Of a DNA stretch of 64,000 nucleotides, positions 10,167-21,208 are shown piece after piece. This DNA is from Halocafeteria seosinensis. Its lineage: Eukaryota. Under the pieces are notes generated by a model, which searched no databases, was not told the DNA's origin, and saw only the letters and a program-made list of their open reading frames with translations. Within the stretch, counting starts at the first letter, position 1, and each line of letters begins with the position of its first letter. The DNA lies in assembly GCA_001687465.1 (NCBI GenBank), contig LVLI01000043.1, forward strand, positions 1 to 64,000, read 5' to 3'. The translations under genes and the position numbers were made by a program.

Positions 10167-13093
10167 TCAAGGTCCCTGAGTAGAACCTCCATTTGAATGA
10201 GATTGCTGATGTTTTTGCTCATTTACCGCTTGAGGATTGCCTGTAAGAATGTTTGTAGCTGCTACCTTGGCTGGACCAAATGTTTCACGTACATCGAGCA
10301 ATGGCAAGTGTCCCGCCTGAGAGATTTCCTTGAGCTCATCTCGCCATTGCTTCTGTAGAAACTCTCTGGCAGAGATTCTATGGGCCTTCAGGTTGTCGAT
10401 GCGGTTGTATTCTTCTTTCACTAGCTCTCGAGCTTTCTCCATATAGGACACTTTCTCAAATTGAATCACACAAACAGGACAGGCCCATTGTGCCTCTAAG
10501 TTGATCTCTTTCGAAGTTAGACAAATACAACTTAAATGAAAGGCCAAGTGACAACTATCGCAACATAGCAATTCTCCCCCTAGACCGCATACATTGCAGA
10601 TTTCGTTATGATAGTCGATATGGAAATCCTGCCCATCGTGAGAGCGCAATTTCCATTTCTGTAAGAAGCCATCCGTTGAACCAATTATAAATGTATTTCG
10701 GCATAGTGTTTCTAAACCGTACAGTAAACAACTTACGGCATACTGAGGATGTCCCTTCCACTTCGCGTAGTAAAATTGCACACACTGATTGGTACTCCGG
10801 GAGCCGACCTCAGCAGCAATATCCGAGAATGATTTACCATACGTAACGATCGCTTGTTCAAATGCCATGATTTCTTGCGGAGTCCATGTTCTCCAGTCAT
10901 TGTCGACGGTAGATACATACTTGAGCTCCTCCATCTGCGGAGGTAACACAATCCTGTGCCGTCACACCGTAGTCTAATGCACACACACTACACTGGCATA
11001 CTTGTTCTTTTGCGGATTCCAAATTGAAACTCTCCATATAGAGGACGTTCAAAGCAAGTTCTTCTTGAAAGGACGGAGAATGGGCTAAATGACGGTCGAT
11101 GTCTTCATTCCCTAGATGCTGTGGTGGCTGCCATACTTTCAATCCACCTACGGGTATACCGTTGTCAGCTGCCACGGAGAGTACAGTCTTAGTCACATAG
11201 CTAGTAGGCCACGAAAGGCAAGACATAGTCTTACTTAGTTCAGGAGCCGGAGGCAAAGTCTCCTTATCTGTCTCCGCATCAGCAACATCTTTCTCCTGTT
11301 CCTTTTGTAGCTGCTCCCACGATTGTAATTCTTTCTTATAAGCGGGGTCCTGAACATGCTCGGAGGGTCTTGAGCGCATCAAATGCGATGGACAGCTTTC
11401 AAAATCCTGTTTGGAACTCTGCTATACACAGTCGGAGATGCCGTGTTATCCGTATGTGCCATACCCCTTTGGCCTGGCCTACAGTACTTACAGCTTTGTC
11501 GTTGCGACTACTCGCCAGACGGCGTAGTGTATAGCCTCCAGGAAGGAAAGCACATTGATAATGTGGACCGACCCGTGAGTGCTTTTGCTCCATCGTCTTC
11601 TGAAAACGGTTGCGCTCACTGTATACATACCAGTAGTAGTGATCGCATTCATTCTATGATACTGATTCCATCTTCTTAGCGTATACATACATTCTGTGTG
11701 TCCAAGCTAGGCCCGCAAGTGGCAAGTCCACGTTCAGAGCTGCTTTAGACTGCATTAACGGCAACAGAGTTTGTCCGATATACTTGAGCATCTTCTCTTT
11801 CCTGGTCGCAGTGTTATCCGGTTCTGATGAGTGTGCTTGTCGCGACCTCGGACTGGCTTCAGGAGAGGCAATCGATCTGACAGAAGTCCTATCAACTATT
11901 CCTTTCCTCCGTAGTATTCTTATCATTCGCTCGTGTCCACCTTCAAGGAGAGCTCCAAATCCAGAATATTCTGACAGAGAGACCAACCAGGAGTACGCAT
12001 ATAAGACAATCTGGTGTGTGGGTTCCAGGGACTGTTTCCTATTGAGCCATTGGATAAGTTGCTGCGACGGTACTTTATATCTGTCAGCAAGATGAGTCTG
12101 TTGCAAATCACAAACCGTAGCTATTAGATAAAATCAATTTCTCCAACTGGGGATTCTGGTACAATGACTTACTGCTGACGTTTTATATTGGTACAAGACA
12201 CGACAGAATTGATTGACAAACATGTGCTCCGAATTTTTGCTAGGTTCTTTCCATTTAAGCTTAGACTCCTCTTTTTTATCTTCAGCCTCTTGGTCAGCAA
12301 CACCTTGACTGGTTAGATGTTTGATTCGGGCCGTACGCAGTTGATTTTCCAGTGGAGCTTCTTTCATGCTTCGGAAATCGAGGGCAGACGGGTTTAAATT
12401 CACTCCATCTGCTTGAAACGGAGTTTCCTTCCTCGTCTTCATAGCTTTATAAACTGCTTTGGACCAGAATCCAGCGAATCCTTCCGTAGGGAATTGTAAG
12501 GAAGCTCGTCTGAAAAAATGAAGTGTAACTTCTCCCACAGCATCTCGTAGGATGGTAATTTTTTGCTCGAACGTGACGTTTTGGATCCCATCGACATTTC
12601 GCTCTTCGGGCACGTAGCTCGTGGGGAAAAGGCAATCATTTACGCCGCACAAAATATCGCCCTTCTGAATAACACCAACTTGCTCAGCGGGGCCCTGTTT
12701 GGCGTCGGTTGTCCGGGAGAAGCCCACCACCACGGCTTCCTCTCGACGATTTTGTAACACCAGACCCAGCGGTTCTACCAAATGAGGAAATACCACCGAG
12801 AAGAAGTCCCCTCGACGTGCATCGGGCTGAGACACAAAGCGACTGGGCCTTTGTATACGCTCGTAATTGCGCTCTAACGCCATGCCGAGGTGAGGCTCTT
12901 TGGAGAACGCTAGCACATTCCATGCTTTAGCTTCGGGATTGCCAGGTGGTTGATTATAATGCGCTTTCTTTTGTCTCTTTGTGGGTGCTTTTAGATGAGT
13001 TGTGAACGATTTCTGTGTTGAATGCGAGCTTCCCGAAGATCTTGAAGTCTTCCGAGAACTAGCCACCGCCGCTGCTGAAGCTCCTCGAGGCAT
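10167..13093 (-). CDS. Chromatin regulator with PDZ-like, ELM2, SANT/Myb and PHD domains, multi-exon
   Basis: PDZ-like PLGLVL...GPAEQVGVIQKGDILCGVND; ELM2-like SRVGPHYQC; SANT WTPQEIMAFEQAIVTYGKSF...CVQFYY; PHD HNEICNVCGLGGELLCCDSCHLAFHLSC...WACPVC. Confidence 0.85.
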
Positions 13094-13329
13094 ATTTTCA
13101 ATTGTGGCTTCAGAAATTGCATGAATAAATATACACTGGTGAAATGCATTGAAAAAAGTGAGCACTGGAAAAGTTTTATCAAATTCATCAAAAATCACAC
13201 AAATAGGTTAGAAGGTACTCTTAGTCCTAATTAGTTTCTGGAAGTTTGTTTACGTTTTTATTCTTGGGAGTTGTAGTGCTAGGAAGAAAGAACGGATTGA
13301 GCAATAAGCATTCAGCCACGAATCTCATC

Positions 13330-15330
13330 CCCTTGGACCCATATGGTATAAGACAAGTTCTACATAGCATCCTTCTAAACGACTCGGGGAGCGAAATGTT
13401 GCAGTTCGAAGACGCTGAAATGTTGTACAACCAAACGCCCTATCCACTCCACTCGCCCACTTCATGATACCCTCTACTGTATCATACACACAGTCTGTAT
13501 GTACATCCGTTTCGTTCTCATGGACTTATCAACTTCACGTCATTTCATCCTTAACAAAATGTCAATGGAGTGGTCCGGCTAACGTAGTATTCCCGACAAC
13601 CCATTTTGGTCCTGTCAGTCGAACGGAAATCTTCCTCTTCAATAATGGGTTGTAGCACGGTAACGCTTGCTACCGAAGTTTGTTCAAATCAGTCACTGTG
13701 CCCACGGCCGCAGTAGATGTGCTATCCTTCGTTGCGGTATCCGTCTCTCCTTTGTCTTCGGCAGAGGGCAGAAACAAGTGTAAGTATGAGCCATAATCTT
13801 CCCGGAGGCCTAGCGAAGCCAGGGTGCACATTTGTACCCTATGGCATGATACTGCCATCCAGTTTATGCACTAAGAAGGATGTCATTGATATTATCAGAG
13901 CTTCCGTAATTTTTGTCTTCAGCTGGCAAATTCATCATATCATTTCAAATAACCTGAGATTCAGAAGGTTCGACTACCGGTTGTACAGTACGATTGGACT
14001 GTGCTGATTTGCACAGCTAAAAAGCTGCCGGATATGCCGATTAAAGCGTCTAAGATTGTCCCTCAATCAGCATGCTAAAATCAATTCCTCATCTCATTTG
14101 CCTTGACTTTGACAAGCTGTAGTTGTTGTTGTAGAGGTCCCCGAAGCTGTATAGCCACTACCATCGCCCTCCCTCTCATTGCTGGTTGCTAAGTCGAAGA
14201 TATTAAACGTATCAGCAGGAGGAACACTGAGGGGTTCCTTATGCATCTGATCCAAAGCTTGTTTCATTAAGCTTTCCAAGTCCTGTCTCCCACCCCCACG
14301 AGATCGGTCATCATTTGACGTCATTCCACGTCCCCAATTAACTATGAAAATTGCCACAGAACATGCTGGCAATGTTTTTCTTGTACAGTATGTGTATCAA
14401 ATAGTTTCAACACGTGCTTGTGTGTACATATGGTGTATCTGCCATCGCATGACGGCGGTGGTTGTGCTGTCCTGGGGATGCACGGCATATTTCATTTTGC
14501 ATTGGCGCCATAGTCCAAATAGATAGTATGTGCAAACCTCGTTGTTGCGTTATCCAGGATCTGATGTTTGATGTCTTGCTACCGATTCTGGAGTAGACTC
14601 CGAAATGGCTTCTTGTTCGAGTCGAGGAGCCCATGAATGCAGTCTGCGTACAACGAGTTGCATACTGACAAATTTTCGGTGTCTTCAACCGGGGCACCCT
14701 CGGAACTTCCTGGGACGTTGCGTGTGTTATGATGATGTACTTCGCTTTCACTTGCCGACTTAGTTTCTTGTTGACTGAAGGGCGGTCGGTCACTAGGGTG
14801 AATATTTTCGACATGTCTTCGGGATAATTCTGGAGAACGTCCGCTGTCGTCTTCAATACCGTCGCGGAGACATTCGATCGACACATCACCAGTGGAGTTT
14901 TCCCGGGTTTTGACAGCGCGAAATCGTTCGTAAGCTGTCACCCCAACCGTCCATGAGTAGTGTAAACCCCGTTATATGCCTTTATCAATCTCATCCCTTG
15001 TTTCCTCCTTGATCCTCCCGTCTTCCAGATTCACTATAGTCGTACAGAACCGCTTGCGCTTGGGAACAGTATAGCATGGAGATACAGAAACCATCAAGTT
15101 TCGGAAAGCAGGACGCTCCATCACTTCTTCTTGTTTTCTTCTTCGACATGTTCATCCCCAAAGGGATGTTCAAGACTCTCCGGCAACGAAGAAAACGGAC
15201 GGATATTGCCACTGTGTGAAGTCCGGTCTGACTACTGTACTGTGTCTTCCAATCCATGGTATCCAATGAGCACCCTCTGACTTTGAATCAGCGGATCCCG
15301 TACGCTTTCGCAATGATCGTGCGGGACTGG
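13330..15330 (-). pseudogene. Probable degraded or fragmented coding sequence(s)
   Basis: Several short minus-strand protein-like pieces (14579-14941, 14094-14372, 13670-13858) with low-complexity Ser/Thr/Gly/Glu composition that I could not splice into one uninterrupted frame. Confidence 0.3.
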
Positions 15331-15377
15331 ACATTCTAAGTTTCGGATTCCTTTCTGCACTGTATTCAAATTCCAAA

Positions 15378-15778
15378 CCCTCCCTTTTCTCCACAAAACC
15401 TTTGGAGACAACTTCGAGCGCCAAGTGCAAACTCGAGATAAATCAGCCAGGGACGATGGCCCTGTGTGAGTCACTGCTTCCTAAATACGGACTACAGTCA
15501 GCTTCTCTGGCTGATACCACCAGCGTTGGTGGCAAGGCCGTAACTTGGTGGACCACCGATCGCACAGTTGCGACCACGAACAGAATCCGTGGTCGCATGG
15601 TTCAACTACATGCTATCGGTGGTCCACCAACGCTGGTGTTATCAGCCAGAGAAGCTGACTATAGTCCGTATTTATGAAGCAATGGCTCACACAGGGCCAT
15701 CATCTCTGGTTGAATTACTCTCGAGTTTGCACTTTGCGCTCGAAGTTGTCTCCAAAGGTTTTGTGGAGAAAAGGAGGG
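15378..15778. repeat. Long imperfect inverted repeat (foldback palindrome), 401 bp
   Basis: 15378-15532 is the reverse complement of 15624-15778, with about a dozen differences by manual alignment. Inner stems pair 15545-15560 with 15615-15630 and 15570-15578 with 15588-15596. Confidence 0.95.
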
Positions 15779-15959
15779 AAATGAAACCTGGTTAAGAAGA
15801 GAATTCTTCGAACAGAATCCAAGAATTCTCTTCTTCAACCAGTTTTGGTTTTCTGGCCAGCTTTGTGACTAGATATTCGACAAATAAGCTGTTTGTGTGT
15901 GTGTACGTGTGTGACAGCGAACTGCGATCCCGAAAGGGAAAGGAAAAAATTGGACCAAG

Positions 15960-18900
15960 ATGAGTGAGAATGAAGCTCAAATCTACCACTTGCTGTCCAA
16001 AGAGCAAACCCTCGCTCTCAAAAAAGCATGCAAGTTTGGGAATCGAACGAAAATAGAGGAGATATTGACCGGATATGCTTGTATCACCAACGTGATTGTA
16101 CAGCGTGACGATGGTACCAAGTCTACACCGCTGCATGTCGCGGCGCGACTTCATTGTGAAGACTTAGTACAATGGTTAATCAACAATTTTAACGCAGATG
16201 TGAATGCACCTGAGCCGGATGTAAGTACTCGCTTTTGTTCGTCTCGGTGCAACATAAACGTCCAACAGTTGTCGTAATCAACTATGCCAGAGATTCAAAT
16301 TTACACCCCTACATGTCGCGGTCAATGCTGAGAACTTGCATATATTGAAACTTCTCGTTGAGGAGCATGGGGCCAATGTTTTTGCGGAAGATACGGTACG
16401 CGGGCAAACCCTGAAGAAGATGACATATGAAGGAACAATAAAGGCAAAACGACCTGTGCTTGGTGTGTTTGGCTCTTGCCTCAACAGGGCGGGAGACGAC
16501 CTGTCGATTTTGCTCTAGCTAGTACCCCAGAAGCTTCAAGGATCCGCGAATGCTTGGGAAATTTCATGTCTGCAATACCGGGGCCGTACTCCCAATCAAG
16601 TCACAGTGGTCCCGGAGGAACCGCTAATCCTTCTGTGAGTGCGCACGACGACTGGGTGATCGGGAAGAAGACACGGACAGAGTGTAATGGTTTTGATTCC
16701 CTCCGTGTGTACAGAGTGTTAGCATTCCTGGGGAGGGCTCCCTGCTGAAGGATACCAATCCTGAGTTTTCCACCGGTTACACCGGATATGATGAAGAGTC
16801 TGATGTGGTAAGTACGAGAAGAAAACGTACGGAAACAGAGAAGTAATTTGAAAGATCTCTTCCTTTTGCAGGAAGATGAGTTGGCTTTCCGTAATGTCTT
16901 CGGGGGCCGTTTCCTCAACGAACTAGCATATGAGAATGGAAAGTTAGAGAGAAAAGACTGGGAAGCTCTAGAGAGCGGAGATTCGAAACGTTGGCAAGAG
17001 CTAATGCAAACTTGTTTTGTGGTATGGATATAGGATGCTTGTCGCTCCCTTATTCAGCTTTAGACTGGATGGAACATTAGATAATTTCTTTTGACAGAAT
17101 AGTCAGAGGTTGTTGCATGTAGCAGCCTTTGCTGGGAATGAGAACATCGTTCGTCGCATTTTCCAAGATCAAGCCTCCTTGAATGCGATTCCGATGAGGG
17201 ACGACGTAAGGCAAGAATCTAGAGCCAAACCGACCATGACTCATTGGGTCATTCTAGAATTGACTTGTGCAGTTTGGTCGTTCACCTCTCCATCTAGCCT
17301 TACAAGGAGGAAAGCTAACCATTGCCAGTGAATTCGTTGACAAACTGGGCACTGACTGGATTCGTTCAAGAAGCAATGTACGCGTAGCAGGTGCTGTCTA
17401 CTGATGGATGCCTGTCCATCCTTTCGAGCGCCTCAATTTTATTCGTGCAGGGAGGATATAGTGTGCTGCACTTTGCCGCTTTGAACCGGACTGGCGACGC
17501 GGAATGGATGCGACAGGTAATAGAGTGGATGCAGGAACGTATTTCGGAAGAAGAGATTGGGCGATTGTGTAAAGCGGAGGTACTGAAAATATGGATCCAG
17601 CGAAGGACGGGTCGCTTTGATTAACAACGTCTGCTGGAAATTGCAGAATTCTTGCACTGTACTCCATGTGGCTTCATTCGCGGGCAACAACTTGGAAGGA
17701 GTTTGGAATACTCTTCCGCGGGCGCCAGAGGCTGTTGACCAAGTTAGTGCTGCGTTGCGCTTTGAACGTGCGCATAGGAACTTTTACTTGCGAAACATAT
17801 CGGAACAAATGCAGGAGGGACACAATGTTTTTCACTACGCGGCAGCCGGCGGATCTATTGAAGATTTGAAGAGTTTATTTGACACCGCCACGGAAAGCAG
17901 TCGACTGATGCGAGCTAAAAATATAGTATGTTTTGAAGAATCCTCTCACCTTGGTTGTTTGTGTCGTATTATTTGCTCGGGACTTTGACCTCCAGAGGGG
18001 TACCACGCCGCTGTATTATGCTGTGCGGGCAGGGCGCAACGGGGCCGTTTATGAACTTCTTCCCTCATATGTGGATCCTACAAACCCCACAACGGTTGGT
18101 CATGTATAACTTCACGTACATGTACATTCCTTGTTTTTAACCTCGCGACATGTTGAATGATGACAGGCAATTGGGATGGGCAGAACAATGTTCCACACTG
18201 CGGCAAGGAATGGATTCTATGACGTCTTCTCTACCATGGCGTGGTACTGGAACTGTTGGAACAGCGTGAATTTGCCTGATAACAAGGTTTGTTTTATGTA
18301 GTCGTGATGTCAGCATGGAGACACTTGCTCATGCTCTCCCTAGTACAGAACGTCACTCCACTGCATTGTGCCGCGATGTCTGGAGATCAGGGGATCATCC
18401 GACAAATTCTTGAGGTCAGTAGTGATAAGGAAGTAAAAGACCAAGTAAGTAGTAATTCCTGGAAGTCGGTGTTTATGAAAGGCATGACTGTAATCATTCG
18501 GATTTGGCGACCAGCGCGGAATGACCCCATTACACCATGCGGCCATTGGAGGTCACTTTGGTGCCATACGTACGCTCAAAGACTTCGGCGCAGATTTCAA
18601 TGCGATGGATAAGGTAAACTGCTTTCGCACACTTTTCCGATATGTATAACCGAAGTACCTGGTTCAACGTATTCGTCGTTGTCCAGCGTTGGAATACTCC
18701 ACTCCTAGTGGCTGCGGGAACTGCACCGTCGGCTGGTGGACGGCTAGACTTCCTTTGGAAGCTGATTGAATTAGGAGCTGACCCTCGACACCCCAACAAG
18801 GTGAGTTACTCGGTGAGCGTATAAAAAGGAGACGATTTAATCTTCAACGCAGTCGGTCGGTTCGTGTGCCATCCCAGAACGGGGCGACCCTATTCCACCG

Positions 18901-20588
18901 CGCGGCAGCGAAGGGGAATATAAGTTGCGTTCGAGATTATAGTGACCCTTCCGGTGAGGATCAAGAACCGCCCCAACAAATGAGGAATCTTCTTTCGGAA
19001 ATGATCAATCACAAAGACAAAGTACGTCCTTAGACTCTCAAGTTGAGAACTTCTTGAGTTGAGTTCATGTACTATATATCCTCAGCGTGGAGACACCCCG
19101 CTTCACCTGGCTGCTTCGAACGGCCAAAAAGCTGTTGTTGTCGCTTTATTGGGGCATGCTGCATGGGAACATAACAAGGTTTGTTTTGTTTACACTGTTT
19201 GCGGGTTTGGTTTACTCAACTGTACAATGTCTGTTTCGATAGGATGGAGATACCCCTGCTCACCTCGCTTATCTTGCGGGTCACACATCTATTGGCAGTA
19301 TACTGGAGGAACATTATGAAGGCTCTGCCGACAAGAATAAGGTATGTGGTTAGTGTGTGAGAATAATAACTTCCGCCCTACAGACAAGAGTATATGGGTT
19401 TGGTTACCTCAGAGCGGTCAAAAACCAAGTGAATTGCGCAAATTCAACGAACAGTTATCAGTTCAAGAGTTTGAAGACCTCACTTCACAATCTTCAACGT
19501 TTCAAAGTGCTGCGCTCAAGATGATGATAAACCATTGCCAGGAAAGGCGTCCTCCACCGATTGTGTCTGTAGAGAAATCGCGTAACGACGGCTTCCGCTT
19601 GTCTTTGAGTGATGGGAACAACAGTCTTGAGAATTCCCCTGTCTGCGTGTTTGAGAAGAATATTGTTGAGTGGAGAGACGAACTAAAACGTGAAAAGCAG
19701 TTACGAACATGTATCCTAGAGTCCTTGAAGGGAGAGAGAATGGGGCAAATCCATTGGGAGAATCTGGGAATTAGAGTTGATGCAACCTTATTGCCCGTAG
19801 TTCCGGGGAGGCTGGATCATGGTTTTATGGGGGGAGTACTGCCATTGTTTGGACATAAAGAAGATTTGCGGCACTTGATCAGTTCTTCTTCAGATGTCAA
19901 AGATATCGACCACTACTTAGCTGTTCGTTGGAATCGGGGAAAACTGACGCTGAAGCTTTGTAGTACAGGCAGATGGGTTGGCGGACTTGTAGCTTTACCT
20001 GTGGAAGAATGCTTTTCCTTTGCACAAAGAGGAGTGCCAGATTCAGTGAAGCAAAGCTTTATTTACGAGTTTCCCGGCGCCACCTACTTGGAACTCGGTG
20101 ATCGTTTTCTCTCTTACTTCAACAATTCCGATTTTGGCAATTTGCTCTCTTCGATGGCAGTTGCTGTCTCTTCTCACGAGCCTTGTTGCAGAGTGAACGT
20201 GTCATTCGATGGTATCGACAAGTACTTAACTTCTTTTCAACGGGTAGATACCCCGTGTGCTGAGGGGGAAATGAACGGTGGATATGATCTCTACTGTCTC
20301 TGTACATTGGAAAGGGTCAATAGGGGTGGCGAAACTGGCAAGTTGACACTGACACTTGCCGGGGGCCCTAGACAGCTATCTGAAAGCGCAAAAACGAGTG
20401 CAAAAGGATGGCTCCAAAACGAGTATGGCGTCAATCCAAAAGAAGCTACTATCCCGTGTTGGTGCACCTTTGGTTTCGATGTTCAATTTGTTCAAGGTGT
20501 AGCATTTCCAAATACAGAGAAGTATGTATCGGCTACTACGTTCATTCGTGGCAAGGTCCGCGACGCACCAGTGGACAAGCTCCAGTAG
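15960..20588 (+). CDS. Ankyrin-repeat protein (about 15 repeats in two blocks) with an uncharacterised ~390-aa C-terminal region, 19 exons
   Basis: Exons 15960-16220, 16291-16395, 16488-16634, 16715-16807, 16872-17021, 17098-17205, 17273-17377, 17451-17579, 17647-17742, 17815-17925, 17996-18094, 18167-18286, 18349-18444, 18515-18613, 18687-18800, 18878-19021, 19086-19178, 19243-19341 and 19413-20588 are all GT-AG flanked and give one open frame with TPLHxAA-type repeats. The true 3' end may extend further by splicing. Confidence 0.88.
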
Positions 20589-21208
20589 ATGGTAGCGGTG
20601 TTAGAAATAAAACCTCGCCTTTCCCCAAATGTATCCAATATGCCATTGTAATACCGGACCGACAAGTATCTCACGCGATCCAGACTCAACTGCCCGCTAC
20701 TCAGCGAGGAATTCGTGGTATACCATATATGTACATATGTGCCACAGCTTCCACGATAGTGGTGAATCGCTAATTTATTCAGAGTTGAGCGCAGCTCAGC
20801 AAATATTGGAACGCATTTTGTATGTGGTCCGGGATTTGACTTGGAGGAAGACTCAGAGGGTATACCGGTAACTGCGTAAACTTCCCCGCAATCCCTAAGG
20901 TTCCGGTCCGGCACCTGTTCCGGATTCCTCAGGAAGAAAATCGCATGCCCTGTCAACTTCAACTTCGTCTATACACCTTGCATGCAGACCACCGCAGGTA
21001 TTGATAGTATGTCCATAGTACACGGAGTGGTCGTATCAAAGTATGTCTGAAGGGGCAGAGTCCAGCAATGAAGCAGTAAACAGGGGCAAAAAGACAAAGT
21101 CACTCCGGGGGCCACTGAGAGAGCGATCGCATGCAGTCATTGTCTGATTTACATGGCTTCGCTCGTGTTCCACTGCTGGTTTACACTTGCTCTGAAACTG
21201 TGACCAGA

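Noticed and set aside
15232..15795. Near-identical short ORFs on opposite strands (..HTGPSSL..LEVVSKGFVEKR..)
   Set aside because: These are a by-product of the inverted repeat, with no independent evidence of coding.
15960..19412. Regular exon/intron periodicity as a CRISPR-like or DGR-like repeat array
   Set aside because: There are no conserved nucleotide direct repeats and no adenine-specific template/variable pair or reverse transcriptase. The periodicity is at the protein and splice level only.
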